Shown piece by piece: positions 26,298 through 37,062 of a DNA stretch of 64,000 nt. The number at the start of each line of letters is the position of its first letter. The first letter of the stretch is position 1. The notes beneath the pieces are model-generated. The model did no database searches. It was not told where the DNA came from and saw nothing but the letters and a program-made list of their open reading frames with translations. Where the stretch lies: positions 5,933 to 69,932 of the forward strand of contig CBFDBJ010000004.1 of the NCBI GenBank assembly GCA_965603015.1, in the 5' to 3' direction. Position numbers and translations under genes: made by a program. This DNA comes from an uncultured Alphaproteobacteria bacterium. Lineage in GTDB: Bacteria > Pseudomonadota > Alphaproteobacteria > M2410.

Positions 26298-27932
26298 TCA
26301 GAGATTTTCAACTTGATCCCGCAGTTTAAACTTCTGGATTTTGCCGGTCGATGTTTTTGGCAATTCGGTTATGACGACGTGGCGCGGACATTTGTAGTGG
26401 GCGAGATGTTCGCGGCAAAACGCGATGACGTCGTCCGGCAGAACTGTAGCCCCTTCGCGGACTTCGATGAAGGCGCAAGGCGTCTCGCCCCATTTTTCAT
26501 CCGGTCTGGCGACCACTGCGGCAGCAGTGATGTCGGGATGTTTGTAGAGTGTGTCCTCAACCTCGATTGAGGAGATGTTCTCGCCGCCCGAAATGATAAT
26601 GTCCTTGGACCGATCCTTGAGCTGAATATAGCCATCTTTATGGATGACGCCCAGGTCTCCGGAATGGAACCAGCCACCTTTAAAGGCCTCCTCGGTTGCT
26701 GTCGGATTTTTCAGATACCCTTTCATAACGACATTGCCGCGGAACATAACCTCGCCAATGGTCTCGCCGTCGTATGGCACGACTTGCATTGTGTCGGGGT
26801 CCATCACGGTCAGGCCTTCGAGGACCTGCATGTTGACGCCCTGGCGGGCCTTGATTTGTGCGCGTTCATCGCCTGGCAACTCGTCCCACTCGTCATGCCA
26901 GGCATTGATGGCGGACGGTCCATAGGTTTCCGTCAGTCCGTACAGATGGGAGATCGCAAAGCCCGAATTTTCCATGGCGGCAATAATGGCGGCGGGGGGC
27001 GGCGCAGCGGCGGTATGAAATTGAACTGTATGATCGAGCGCCTGGCGCTCCTTGTCCGAGGCGTTGACGATCATGCCCATGATAATCGGCGCGCCGCACA
27101 TATGGGTCACGGCGTAGCGCTTGCAGGCGTCGAAAATATTCTCCGCGCTGATACGTCTCAGACAAACATGTGTCCCGGCCACCACGCTGATCGCCCATGT
27201 GTAACACCAGCCATTGCAGTGAAACATCGGCAGTGTCCACAGATAGGTCATATTCTGTGCCGGCATCGATCCGGCGACGGCGAGGCCGAGCGACATGATG
27301 TTGGCACCGCGGTGGTGGAAGACCACGCCCTTGGGGTTCCCGGTTGTGCCGGAAGTATAATTAAGCGATATCGCAAGCCACTCATCTTCGGGCGGGGCCC
27401 ATGCAAATTCCGGATCGCCGCCCGCTATGAAGGCCTCATAGGTCAGGTCTGAAATCCGTGTTCCTTCCGGAAAAGTCGGGTCGTCGATATCGATGACGAG
27501 GGGTTTGGCGTCACACAGGGTGAGGGCTTCGCGGGCAAGCGCGCCAAATTCGCCGTCGACAATGAAGACCTTTGCCTCGCCGTGATCGAGTATAAAGGCG
27601 ACTTCCTTTGCATTGAGCCGGTAATTGATCGCATTGAGGACACCGCCCATCATGGGGACACCGTAGTGGGCATCGAGCATGGTGGGAACATTGGGTGCCA
27701 GAACGGCAACTGTGTCCCCGACGCCGTAGCCTTTTTGAGCGAGGGCGGAGGCGAGACGGCGGCAGCGGGCGTAGAACTCGGCATAGGTCCACTGGAGGCC
27801 CTCGTGGATCACCGCGACCTGATCGGGGAAAACCGCGGCGGAGCGCTGCAAAAAGGTCAGCGGGGTGAGCTGCTGATGGTTTGCCGGGTTCTTGTCGAGG
27901 TCGGTATCGTAGGGGCTGCGCACTTGCGTCAT
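26298..27932 (-). CDS. AMP-dependent acyl-CoA synthetase/ligase (medium-chain type)
   Basis: AMP-binding box LNYTSGTTGNPKGVVFHHRG with GETYGP and C-terminal Lys motifs; 544 aa. Confidence 0.85.
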   Translation of the reverse strand: MTQVRSPYDTDLDKNPANHQQLTPLTFLQRSAAVFPDQVAVIHEGLQWTYAEFYARCRRLASALAQKGYGVGDTVAVLAPNVPTMLDAHYGVPMMGGVLNAINYRLNAKEVAFILDHGEAKVFIVDGEFGALAREALTLCDAKPLVIDIDDPTFPEGTRISDLTYEAFIAGGDPEFAWAPPEDEWLAISLNYTSGTTGNPKGVVFHHRGANIMSLGLAVAGSMPAQNMTYLWTLPMFHCNGWCYTWAISVVAGTHVCLRRISAENIFDACKRYAVTHMCGAPIIMGMIVNASDKERQALDHTVQFHTAAAPPPAAIIAAMENSGFAISHLYGLTETYGPSAINAWHDEWDELPGDERAQIKARQGVNMQVLEGLTVMDPDTMQVVPYDGETIGEVMFRGNVVMKGYLKNPTATEEAFKGGWFHSGDLGVIHKDGYIQLKDRSKDIIISGGENISSIEVEDTLYKHPDITAAAVVARPDEKWGETPCAFIEVREGATVLPDDVIAFCREHLAHYKCPRHVVITELPKTSTGKIQKFKLRDQVENL

Positions 27933-28015
27933 TGATCAGGTCCTTGGAGACTTTTGAAGATTTGTCTGGTCGGCGCGATCCTGTCGTATTTTGGACCGAT
28001 TGGAAAGAGGCAGCT

Positions 28016-28774
28016 TCAGGCGAAAAGCGAGGTAACCCCGTCATAGATGAGCTTGAGCCCGACAATGGTGATCAGGGCATAGGTGACGCGAAAGAAGGGC
28101 CGCTCCGGGATGCGGTGGTGCAGTTTGATCCCGAGGACCATACCAAGTGGTGCAAGCGGCAGGAGGATGAGGGATGTCATGAGGTTGCCTGCTGCGAGTT
28201 GCCCCAGGCTCGCGTAGGCGGGCAGCTTGATGAGATTGACGATGGTGAAGAACATCACCGATGTGCCGACGTAGATGGTTTTGTCGGGCCTCTGGGGCAG
28301 CATATAGATCTGAAACGGTGGGGAGCCTGCGTGAGCCACGAAAGAGGTGAAGCCGCCGATCATGCCCCAGATCGTGCCCCTGATCTTGCCTGGACCGGAA
28401 GGCGGGCGCTCCGCCACATGGCCGAACAGATAATTTGCGACAAACAGGACGGCAATGAGGCCAACCAACAACCGGACGTGATCGTCTTCTACTGTGCCCG
28501 CCAGGAGTGTACCGATGCCAATGCCGACGGCTGCCCCGGGAAGCAGGTAGATCAGATTGAGCCTGTCAAAGGATTGCCGGTAAGCCCAGACGCCCATCAT
28601 ATCCATGACAATCAATATGGGCAGCATGATGCCGGCGGCCTGAACCGGTGAAATGGTCAGCGCCATCAGCGGGACCGCGACAAGACCGATGCCGCCGGCA
28701 AAGCCGCCCTTTGATATGCCGGTGAGCAGAATGGCCGGGACGGCGGCGGCGTAGAACCAGAGGTCGGTGATCAT
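28016..28774 (-). CDS. TauE/SafE (TSUP, DUF81) family anion exporter
   Basis: 252-aa polytopic protein with an internal duplication and a GISKGGFAGGIG motif; start set at MITDLW. Confidence 0.7.
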   Translation of the reverse strand: MITDLWFYAAAVPAILLTGISKGGFAGGIGLVAVPLMALTISPVQAAGIMLPILIVMDMMGVWAYRQSFDRLNLIYLLPGAAVGIGIGTLLAGTVEDDHVRLLVGLIAVLFVANYLFGHVAERPPSGPGKIRGTIWGMIGGFTSFVAHAGSPPFQIYMLPQRPDKTIYVGTSVMFFTIVNLIKLPAYASLGQLAAGNLMTSLILLPLAPLGMVLGIKLHHRIPERPFFRVTYALITIVGLKLIYDGVTSLFA

Positions 28775-29082
28775 GCAGCAATTTTCCGTGAAAGGTCGGG
28801 GTTTTTGTAGCGGAAAGGGTGGTAACGGGGAAGGGGTTTGCAAGCGGACTGGTTGTGTCCCATGAGCCCTCGCTACATGTGAAAGTAGATTTACGCCCAT
28901 TACTTTTAAGCTGGAAGTAATCTTCTTTATGGATTTGTTTGCGCTACTTAAGAATGAGACGCAACCTAATCAACTCCGTATGCAGATTTACAACTAATTA
29001 GCACGTCTCATGCCAGTATCCCGGCAATCACCAATGCACGTCGCGGTGCTAGGTCTAATCGCACGAATTGAATGGGGTCATC

Positions 29083-30768
29083 ATGAATCAGCAAGTCAAG
29101 TCTCTCAAGAGCAAATTTATTCTCAACGGAGCTGTGGCCATTGCCCAGGCTCTGGTCATAGCCGGTGTTGGACTATGGGCGATTACGTCGCTGTCCGGCG
29201 CGCTTGAAAAAAATGAAATAGCAGCTGCTTCGCTGCGCAATCACATGATGTCAGACATGATGCACGACGCCTTGCGCGGCGATGTTCTGGCTGCGATGCA
29301 AGCTGGCAGCACTAATGACTCGGCGGCGTATCAAGCCGCAAAAGACGATCTCGGTGAACATGTCGCCACATTCAAGGAGATGTTTGCTGCGAACAATGCT
29401 CTTGAATTGTCCGGTGGTGTGCGCAGTGTACTGAATGAAATTCAGGCGCCACTTGATGGCTACATCATATCTGCCTCGTCGATCATTGATTTGGCAGGGC
29501 GCGACCCAGTAGCGGCTGCGGAGGCCTATCCGGCATTCACTGTAAGTTTTGGTGAGCTGGAAGAGGCTATGGAAGCGGCCGGGGATACAATTGAGGCCAA
29601 TCTTTCTGCCGCGACGAGCGCGGCTCGTCGTCTCGGCGTGATCGCTCTGACGGCCATGGTTGTTGCCTTGATTGCCGGCGTCGTTGTTGCCAGCGGTGTT
29701 GGTATTTTGGTGACGCAGTCGGTTATTCCTCCTTTGCTGTCCATGGTTGATGCTATGGTGAAACTTGCCGGCGACGATACAAATGTTGAAATTCCCGGTA
29801 CGGAGCGCGAAGACGAGATCGGCGCGATGGCTGCAACCGTTGAAACGTTCAAGAAAAATGCCATTGAACAAAAGCAGCTCGCAGAAACAGTCCGGGTTGA
29901 AAATGAAAAACGTGAGGCCAGGACACGTGCTATCGAAGACCTGACGCAAGGGTTTGATGCCGATACGGCGCAATCTCTTGGCATTGTTGCCAGCGCAACG
30001 ACCGAGATGCAGGCAACGGCGGCGTCGCTGACCTCAACGGCCGAAGAGACGGCAAATCAGGCCCAGGTGGTGTCCGACGGTGCGGAACAGGCGAGTGAGA
30101 ACGTCAGGAGTGTTGCATCAGCATCAGAAGAACTCAGGGCCTCGATTGCCGAAATCAGCCAGCAGGTCGAGCAAGCATCTACCAGTTCTATCGAGGCTGA
30201 TGGTGAAGCGCGCAGAAGCAACGAGACGATGCAGGCGCTCAATGAAACCGCGCAGGGCATTGGCGAGGTCGTCAATCTCATTCAGGACATTGCCGCCCAG
30301 ACCAACCTTCTGGCACTTAATGCGACCATTGAAGCGGCACGTGCCGGTGACGCCGGCAAGGGGTTTGCCGTTGTTGCCTCCGAGGTGAAGTCGCTTGCGA
30401 CCCAAACGGCTCAGGCAACAGAGCAGATCTCTCAACAGATCAGCTCCATGCAAGCCGTCACGACCGAAGCCGTCGCGAATATTGAAAGTGTCTCGGTCAA
30501 GATTTCCGGGATCACAGAAATTTCGACCTCGGTTGCCGGCGCTGTTGCGGAGCAAACCTCTGCCACAGATGAAATCGCTCGCAGTGTTGAAGAAGCCGCC
30601 AGAGGCACTTCTGGCGTGACGGATAACATTGGTCTCGTCAGTGAAGCTGCGAGCAATAACAGCAGTGCTGCGGCTCAGGTTTCCAGTGCCGCCAATGAGC
30701 TTGCACAGCAAACCGACGGTCTCAAGAACCGCATTGAGCAGTTCCTGAGCGCGATCAAGGCGGCCTAA
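29083..30768 (+). CDS. Methyl-accepting chemotaxis protein
   Basis: Two TM segments, HAMP and a highly conserved signalling domain [31 protein letters not shown]. Confidence 0.85.
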   Translation: MNQQVKSLKSKFILNGAVAIAQALVIAGVGLWAITSLSGALEKNEIAAASLRNHMMSDMMHDALRGDVLAAMQAGSTNDSAAYQAAKDDLGEHVATFKEMFAANNALELSGGVRSVLNEIQAPLDGYIISASSIIDLAGRDPVAAAEAYPAFTVSFGELEEAMEAAGDTIEANLSAATSAARRLGVIALTAMVVALIAGVVVASGVGILVTQSVIPPLLSMVDAMVKLAGDDTNVEIPGTEREDEIGAMAATVETFKKNAIEQKQLAETVRVENEKREARTRAIEDLTQGFDADTAQSLGIVASATTEMQATAASLTSTAEETANQAQVVSDGAEQASENVRSVASASEELRASIAEISQQVEQASTSSIEADGEARRSNETMQALNETAQGIGEVVNLIQDIAAQTNLLALNATIEAARAGDAGKGFAVVASEVKSLATQTAQATEQISQQISSMQAVTTEAVANIESVSVKISGITEISTSVAGAVAEQTSATDEIARSVEEAARGTSGVTDNIGLVSEAASNNSSAAAQVSSAANELAQQTDGLKNRIEQFLSAIKAA

Positions 30769-30849
30769 CAATTTGGGCAACTGTCAATCGCTGTGCGGGC
30801 GTGTTGCGGGTCCGCACGGTTTTGTAAAGATCTTGAAGGGGTCGACCTT

Positions 30850-32013
30850 ATGAGCGTGAATTTTGCAAATGTTATAACTGGTGCCGTTGGCCTTGCAATG
30901 TTGCAAGTGGCGATCACCGCATCTTCCCAGGCCGGTGAGACCAGGGCGTGGTCGTTTGAGGTGGTCAATGTTATTGATCTGGCGGCAAATGTTGACGGCG
31001 GCGCCGAGACTGGCGAGTCGCTGGTCTACAATCTCGATGTAACGGCTGAATATGACATGAGTCATTCAGGCGTTGAGGGCGGGACGTTGTTTTTTTACGG
31101 CCTTGCCACCAATGCCGAGGGGCTCAATTCGCATGTCGGTGACGCGCAGGGAACCTCCAATATTGACAATGGCGCCCTCTTTCGTCTGGAAGAGCTGTGG
31201 TATAATCAGGAATTTGCCGACGGTAAGGCTTCAGTGCTGGTTGGCCTGTTCGATCTCAACGGCGAGTTTGATGCCATCGATACGGCGGGGCTTTTTCTCA
31301 ACAGCTCGCACGGGATCGGTGTTGATTATGCGCAGACCGGCGAAAATGGACCATCGATCTTTCCCTCGACATCCCTGGCCTTGCGTCTTGATTATGCGGT
31401 CAATGACCGTTTGACCCTGCGCACTGCAATTCTCGATGCGGTACCCAATGATCCGGACAATCCCAAGGCCCATAAACTGTCTTTTGACGAGGGTGCGCTG
31501 ATTGCCGTGGAAGGCGACTATGCGGCTGCGGACAATCTTCGGCTTGCTGCCGGGATGTGGTGGTATACCAGCGACTTTGACCGGATCCTCGTGGCCGATG
31601 GCGGGCCGGATAGTGACAATTTTGGTTTTTACGGAATCGCGGATTATGCCCTTTCGGACAGGACAAGCGCCTTTGCGCGCCTTGGCCGGGCCAACGACGA
31701 GATCAATCAAATCGCCTGGTATCTGGGAGCAGGCATTGTCACGACGGGTCTGATCCCGCAGCGTCCGGATGACGCCCTGGGGCTGGCGGTGGCGATTGCC
31801 GAAAATGGTTCGCCGTTCAAGGATGCGGCCGCTTTGGCGCTTTCGCCAGTGGATGACCGCGAAATTGCCGTTGAGCTGACCTATCGGGCCGGAATTTATG
31901 ATTGGCTGGCTCTTCAGCCAGACCTTCAATACGTTCTCGATCCGGGTATGGATCCGTCTCTGGATGATGCTTTTGTGGCAAACCTGCGGGTCGAGATCGG
32001 CTGGGCATTCTAG
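30850..32013 (+). CDS. Outer-membrane porin, OprB/carbohydrate-porin-like
   Basis: Signal peptide MSVNFANVITGAVGLAMLQVAITASSQA, alternating beta-strand pattern and a C-terminal ...EIGWAF aromatic terminus; the family assignment is tentative. Confidence 0.5.
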   Translation: MSVNFANVITGAVGLAMLQVAITASSQAGETRAWSFEVVNVIDLAANVDGGAETGESLVYNLDVTAEYDMSHSGVEGGTLFFYGLATNAEGLNSHVGDAQGTSNIDNGALFRLEELWYNQEFADGKASVLVGLFDLNGEFDAIDTAGLFLNSSHGIGVDYAQTGENGPSIFPSTSLALRLDYAVNDRLTLRTAILDAVPNDPDNPKAHKLSFDEGALIAVEGDYAAADNLRLAAGMWWYTSDFDRILVADGGPDSDNFGFYGIADYALSDRTSAFARLGRANDEINQIAWYLGAGIVTTGLIPQRPDDALGLAVAIAENGSPFKDAAALALSPVDDREIAVELTYRAGIYDWLALQPDLQYVLDPGMDPSLDDAFVANLRVEIGWAF

Positions 32014-32088
32014 TCCATGTTTGCTGAAACGGTTCCGTCCTGATAGAAATGCGATCTTTAGACCTGCATTCTCCGAAAGGATGGCCCA

Positions 32089-32892
32089 ATGGCCACTATT
32101 GATCCTGTTGTTATTGTCACCGGCGGTGCGCGCGGTATCGGGCTTGCCTGTTCGCGGCGGTTTTACAAGGACGGTTACCGTGTGGTGATTGCCGACATTG
32201 ATGAGGCTGCTGGCCAGTCTGCGCAGGAGGAGATCGTCGCCAATGGCGGCCAGGCGGTTTTTGTTCGGGTTGATGTGGCCGAGAAGCTTGATATCCACAA
32301 TCTCATTGCAGTTACCCTTGAAGAGTTCGACCGGATTGACGTGTTGATCAACAATGCGGCTGTGGGTGTAACCAGAGATTTTCTTGATCTTAAGGAGAGT
32401 GAATGGGACCGGGTCATGCGGGTTAATCTGACCGGACCTTTTCTAGCCAGCCAATCTGTGGCACGGCAGATCGTGGACCAAATTGATGGCGGGCGGGACC
32501 CCGAGGGCGGTGCCAATTATTCCATCATCAACATATCGGCCCTTGCTGCGATTATGTCTAACGCAGACAAAATACCTTTTGCTGTGTCAAAGGGCGGGCT
32601 CAATCAGTTGACCAAGGTGCTTGCTTTGTCGCTGGCAGGGCGCGGCATTCGGGTTAATGCGATCGGGCCGGGCAGCATCATGACGGACGAGACAAAACCG
32701 AGCCTTGGTGATACGGACACGCGCAAACGGGTGATTGACAGAACGCCGCTCGGGCGCATCGGCTCGCCGGAAGAGATCGCAGGTATTGCTGCATTCCTTG
32801 CGTCAGAGGCGGCCAGCTATGTGACGGGCCAGTGCATTTATGCCGACGGAGGACGCCTGGTTCAGGACGTCCGCGGGAAGCCTCAAGACTAA
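32089..32892 (+). CDS. SDR-family oxidoreductase
   Basis: VTGGARGIGLAC, NNAAVG and SxnY...K motifs. Confidence 0.8.
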   Translation: MATIDPVVIVTGGARGIGLACSRRFYKDGYRVVIADIDEAAGQSAQEEIVANGGQAVFVRVDVAEKLDIHNLIAVTLEEFDRIDVLINNAAVGVTRDFLDLKESEWDRVMRVNLTGPFLASQSVARQIVDQIDGGRDPEGGANYSIINISALAAIMSNADKIPFAVSKGGLNQLTKVLALSLAGRGIRVNAIGPGSIMTDETKPSLGDTDTRKRVIDRTPLGRIGSPEEIAGIAAFLASEAASYVTGQCIYADGGRLVQDVRGKPQD

Positions 32893-32900
32893 CAGCTGTG

Positions 32901-33659
32901 TCAGTCTTTCTTCTTGTTGTCGGAGAACGATGAGAAGACTGAGTCGGCCGTATGTTTATCTTTTTCAGCGTCCTCTTCAACTTTGGAACTGTCTTTGAAC
33001 GCTTCTTCTGCAACGGGCTCTGCTACCCTGTCGGCCGCCTTGACGAGTTTGACGTAGCCATCGCCAGCGCTTTCAGCAAGCGAGTCCTGTGTTGACTTCA
33101 ATGCAGCACCGCCTTCCTTTTTTGCCTTGCGGGCGAGTTTGTCGGAAGCCTTTTGGACAAGGGCGTCGAGCTCAATTTGTGAGCAGAGGCCAAAGGACAC
33201 CGGGTCGACGGCAGTAATGTTCGCAGAATTCCAGTGAGATCGGTCGCGGATGGCTTGAATGGTCGGCTTTGTGGTTCCGACCAGTTTTGATATTTGTGCA
33301 TCGGAGAGCTCGGGGTGGTAGCGCACCAGCCACGCAATAGCATTGGGCCGATCCTGACGGCGCGAAACCGGCGTGTATCGCGGTCCTTGTCGGCGGATCG
33401 GGGTGGGGACGCTTTCCTGTTTCTTGAGGAGCACCAGTTGTTTTTTCGGGTCGGCCTCACAACGCTCAATCTGCTCGCGGGTCAACTGGCCATTGGTCAC
33501 AGGGTCGAGGCCCTTGATCCCGGCAGCGACATCGCCATCTGCAATTCCCTGAACCTCAAGCTCATGAAGCTCGCAAAAATTAGCGATCTGATCGAAGGAA
33601 AGTGCTGTGTTGTCAACCAGCCAAACGGCGGTGGCCTTGGGCATCAGGGGTGCAGTCAT
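32901..33659 (-). CDS. DUF1013-family protein (alphaproteobacteria-specific)
   Basis: N-terminal MTAPLMPKATAVWLVDNTALSFDQIANFCELHELEVQGIADG matches my memory of the conserved DUF1013 N-terminus. Confidence 0.5.
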   Translation of the reverse strand: MTAPLMPKATAVWLVDNTALSFDQIANFCELHELEVQGIADGDVAAGIKGLDPVTNGQLTREQIERCEADPKKQLVLLKKQESVPTPIRRQGPRYTPVSRRQDRPNAIAWLVRYHPELSDAQISKLVGTTKPTIQAIRDRSHWNSANITAVDPVSFGLCSQIELDALVQKASDKLARKAKKEGGAALKSTQDSLAESAGDGYVKLVKAADRVAEPVAEEAFKDSSKVEEDAEKDKHTADSVFSSFSDNKKKD

Positions 33660-33866
33660 GAGAAACCTCAAGTCTTCAAAAGTGTCAATCAGGCAGCCGG
33701 GGGCCGGGCTCTCAATGAAGCTCTGATCCGTCAGCTGTCATGGAAAATGTATTGTGACGGGTATATAGGCGTTTTTGGCCGGTTTGGAAACAGATTTCCG
33801 CAAGAGACCCTGAATTTCCACAATCGTCCCTGATCAGCCTCCCGGATCAGCCTTATGGGGGCATCC

Positions 33867-34877
33867 TCACAGGGTCAGTATGATTTTGCCTATGTGGGTG
33901 CTGGCCTCCATCAGCTCATGGGCGGCGCGTGCCTGGGCCAGCGGGAAGGTTGAATCAACGACTGGCTTGATTGTCCCGCTGTTCAGAAGTGGCCAGACCT
34001 CGCGTTTCAGGCTTTCCGCGATTTCAGCTTTCTCGGCAACCGAGCGCGGCCTGAGGGTTGAGCCGGTCAGGGTCAATCGCTTCAACATGACGGGCAGAAA
34101 ATTGACCTCTGCTTTCGAGCCGCCAAGGAAGGCGATATTAACCAGCCGCCCGCCCGGCGCCAGGGCCGCGATATTGCGCTCAATGTAGTCACCGCCAACC
34201 ATATCAAGAATGACATCGACGCCCTTACCACCGGTTTCCTGGTGAATGATGTCGACAAAGTCTTCTTCCTTGTAATTGATTGAACGCTTTGCTCCGAGCT
34301 CTTCGCAGGAGAGACACTTTTCGCTTGATCCGGCGGTTGCAAAAACAGTTGCGCCGCGCTGTTTGGCGATTTGAATAGCGGTGGTTCCGATGCCGCTTGA
34401 GCCGCCGTGGATGAGGAGGCTCTCGCCAGCCTTCAGGCCACCGCGATCAAAGACGTTGGTCCAGACGGTAAAAAACGTCTCGGGTAATGCGGCTGCCTCG
34501 ATGAAGGAAAACCCTTCTGGAATGGGCAGCAACAGGGGCGCATCGGCAACGCAATATTCGGCATAACCTCCGCCGCCGACAAGAGCGGCAACCTTGTCTC
34601 CGATGGTGGCTGTTGACACCTTGTCCCCAAGAGCGACCACCGTACCCGCAATTTCCAGGCCGAGCGTATCAGGCGCGCCGGGTGGAGGTGGATAGAGGCC
34701 GAGGCGTTGGACGACGTCGGGGCGATTGACCCCGGCTGCCGCCACCCGGATCAGGACCTGGCCTTCACCCGGGTGCGGGGTTTCGATGGACTGGATCTCC
34801 AGGACCTCTGGCGCGCCCGGGGTCTCTATGTGGATCGCATGCATGGTGGCGGGGATGTTTGTGTCAGTGTCAGTCAT
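33867..34877 (-). CDS. NAD(P)H:quinone oxidoreductase (zeta-crystallin/Qor family, MDR superfamily)
   Basis: MHAIHIETPGAPEVLEIQS...GVNRPDV... and an GSSGIGT Rossmann region. The start is ambiguous (34898, 34877 or 34844); 34877 has the best SD. Confidence 0.8.
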   Translation of the reverse strand: MTDTDTNIPATMHAIHIETPGAPEVLEIQSIETPHPGEGQVLIRVAAAGVNRPDVVQRLGLYPPPPGAPDTLGLEIAGTVVALGDKVSTATIGDKVAALVGGGGYAEYCVADAPLLLPIPEGFSFIEAAALPETFFTVWTNVFDRGGLKAGESLLIHGGSSGIGTTAIQIAKQRGATVFATAGSSEKCLSCEELGAKRSINYKEEDFVDIIHQETGGKGVDVILDMVGGDYIERNIAALAPGGRLVNIAFLGGSKAEVNFLPVMLKRLTLTGSTLRPRSVAEKAEIAESLKREVWPLLNSGTIKPVVDSTFPLAQARAAHELMEASTHIGKIILTL

Positions 34878-34977
34878 AGGGTTTTGTCCTTGGCCCATGG
34901 AAAAGCGTGATTTACCTGTATGGACTCTTGTGGCAGAGCGAGGCAAAATTCAAGGGAATAAGAGATCTTCGGGAGTG

Positions 34978-35211
34978 ATGTCACACCGGAGACTGCAAGG
35001 AGATGGAAGGAGTGTAGCGCCTGTGACCATGGATGGAGACGATCCGCGCAAAACAAATTATGACTTCGCCAAAGAACCGCTCGACAGCTTGTCTCTTGAT
35101 GAACTGACGGACCGGATTGACCAGCTTCGGCTTGAAATATCCCGCTGCGAGAGTGAGATTGTGGCGAAACAGTCCACCAAAATGGCCGCCGACAGCTTCT
35201 TCAAAAAGTAG
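34978..35211 (+). CDS. DUF1192-family small coiled-coil protein
   Basis: …DFAKEPLDSLSLDELTDRIDQLRLEISRCESEI…; an alternative start lies at 35029. Confidence 0.5.
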   Translation: MSHRRLQGDGRSVAPVTMDGDDPRKTNYDFAKEPLDSLSLDELTDRIDQLRLEISRCESEIVAKQSTKMAADSFFKK

Positions 35212-35478
35212 TCTGCGGACTGTTGTGGGACAGAAGACCGAGTTCTTGGCAGTTTTGGTTTCTTCCGCGCCGGCCTTTCAAATTAATTTACAAGAAGTTA
35301 AAGCGGAAAAGTACTCTAACTCTTTGGTTTTACGGAGGTTATTTTACTCTTTCCAGAATCTGTTTCAGCTTGAGACAGATTCCCGGCTTCGACTCCGGCA
35401 CGCTTCCTGCTAAGGTTGGGGAGTAAATGAAGGGGCCGCAATTGGTCCGTGTTTGGGTAGTCTCTAAAATCAGGGTGG

Positions 35479-36051
35479 GTGTTCGGTATGCGTGGTGACG
35501 ATGAATTGACGGGTGACAGGGCGATTGCAACGATTGCTCCGACAAAGTGGCTGGCGGAATTTGATGAGCCTGTGCAGGATTTTGCAGGTTCGGAAATGTT
35601 TGCTCGTTTGTTCAAGGATGGCATGGCCCTGGTTGAGGATACCGCAGCCTATCTCGATGGGCCCGGTCGTACGGAATCAAAGCTTCTGCCGCGCAAGGTT
35701 GCTCTCGCCTATGCCGGCGAGAGTATGCGTCTGACGACACGGTTGATGCAGGTCGCCTCATGGCTTTTGGTTCAGCGCGCGATCAAGGAAGGCGAAATGG
35801 CGCCGGAGGAAGCGTCCGGCGATAAATATCGTTTGAGCGCGCATGAAATTTGTCAGGGGCGATCAATGGATGCCGCTGAGCTTTTGCCGCCACGATTACT
35901 TGAACTGCTGGAAGTGAGTGAAAAGATTTATGATCGGGTGGACCGGCTTGATGATTCGATGTTCCGCAATCCGGTTGGCCGGACAGAGGTTACGCTGGTA
36001 TCAAGACAGCTGTCTCGCCTTGAAGAAGCCTTTGGCGGTCCTGTTCAGTAG
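35479..36051 (+). CDS. DUF1465-family protein (RcdA-like)
   Basis: 190-aa helical protein whose overall pattern matches my recollection of the DUF1465/RcdA family in alphaproteobacteria. Confidence 0.45.
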   Translation: MFGMRGDDELTGDRAIATIAPTKWLAEFDEPVQDFAGSEMFARLFKDGMALVEDTAAYLDGPGRTESKLLPRKVALAYAGESMRLTTRLMQVASWLLVQRAIKEGEMAPEEASGDKYRLSAHEICQGRSMDAAELLPPRLLELLEVSEKIYDRVDRLDDSMFRNPVGRTEVTLVSRQLSRLEEAFGGPVQ

Positions 36052-36078
36052 TTGAACAGAACCAGTGTTCGGAAGGGG

Positions 36079-36152
36079 GCCTGTTTCGCTATCCCCTGGA
36101 GTGAAACAGGCACAAACAAAAACGCCGCAGCTTTTACAGCGCGGCGTTTTTC
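36079..36152. terminator. Bidirectional terminator region with two consecutive hairpins
   Basis: GCCTGTTTC-15nt-GAAACAGGC (36079..36111), then AAAACGCCGC-12nt-GCGGCGTTTTT (36119..36151) flanked by an A-tract and a T-tract, between convergent DUF1465 and pssA. Confidence 0.5.
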
Positions 36153-36249
36153 TTGTTTGGGCAATCAGCAAGGGACGATGACTCCAAATGTCTTGTCATA
36201 GACCGGGGCCCACCGGGCACAGGAGAATTGAATTGCCTTGATATCCATT

Positions 36250-37059
36250 TCAGGACTTTTTCCGTTTTGAGGGTGCTTTCCCCGCAAGCAAGGCCCATAT
36301 GACCAGGCCAACGTAGAGCAGGGAAAGGGCGACCAGGGTGATCCAGGCATAGGTCAGGACTGCAGCGCCGATAAAGACAAAGCCAACGATGAGGAATTTC
36401 ACATTCTCTCGCGACACGGTCATGGCTCTGAACGACCAGGTGGGAATGCGGCTGATCAGCAAAAGACCGACGCCGATCATGTAAAAGCAGATGATGCCCG
36501 CAGGCACAAGCGGCGCATCCGCGATGGCGAAGGACGCGAACATGGGCATCATAACCAGGCCCGCTCCGGCGGGGGACGGCACGCCGGTATAGTAACCACC
36601 ATCGTCGTCCTCAATATCAGATTTATGGACGACATTGAACCGCGCCAGGCGCAGAACGCAACACACCGCAAAAATCAGTACAGATATCCACCCGGCACTG
36701 GGCATGTCCTGCAGCGCCCAGAAATAAATCACCAGCGGCGGCGCTACACCGAAATTGACAAAATCGGCCAGGGAATCCAGCTCGGCGCCCATTTTACTGT
36801 CGCTCTTGAGCAAGCGCGCCAGCTTCCCGTCCAGTCCGTCAAGCACACCGGCGGCCAGGACCAGCAGAACGGCGCGTTCATAATCTCCCTGAAACCCGAA
36901 CCGGATCGCCGTCAGGCCCGCGCAAATTGCCACGATGGTCAACAGATTGGGCAGGAGGTGAATGACCGGCAGGTCGGGCTTTAATCTGCTGTGGCTTTTG
37001 CCCGGAAGCCTGTCTGAAACAGGGGTATCTGAAATATGGCTGTCTGGCGGGTGTTGCAT
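36250..37059 (-). CDS. pssA: CDP-diacylglycerol--serine O-phosphatidyltransferase
   Basis: CDP-alcohol phosphatidyltransferase motif DGLDGKLARLL...A.LD..AD in a polytopic membrane protein. Confidence 0.8.
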   Translation of the reverse strand: MQHPPDSHISDTPVSDRLPGKSHSRLKPDLPVIHLLPNLLTIVAICAGLTAIRFGFQGDYERAVLLVLAAGVLDGLDGKLARLLKSDSKMGAELDSLADFVNFGVAPPLVIYFWALQDMPSAGWISVLIFAVCCVLRLARFNVVHKSDIEDDDGGYYTGVPSPAGAGLVMMPMFASFAIADAPLVPAGIICFYMIGVGLLLISRIPTWSFRAMTVSRENVKFLIVGFVFIGAAVLTYAWITLVALSLLYVGLVIWALLAGKAPSKRKKS

Positions 37060-37062
37060 GGG

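Noticed and set aside
26640-27452. 270-aa plus-strand ORF inside the acyl-CoA synthetase gene
   Set aside because: It is antisense to a gene with canonical AMP-binding motifs; its Gly/His/Arg-rich composition is a GC-frame artefact.
31231-32298. 355-aa minus-strand ORF spanning the porin and SDR genes
   Set aside because: It is antisense to two well-supported plus-strand genes and crosses their intergenic gap. The composition is a GC-frame artefact.
35290-35410. tRNA-like TTCGACTCC T-loop motif
   Set aside because: No acceptor stem, D-arm or 5-bp/7-nt anticodon arm can be built around it, so it is only a chance T-loop-like string.
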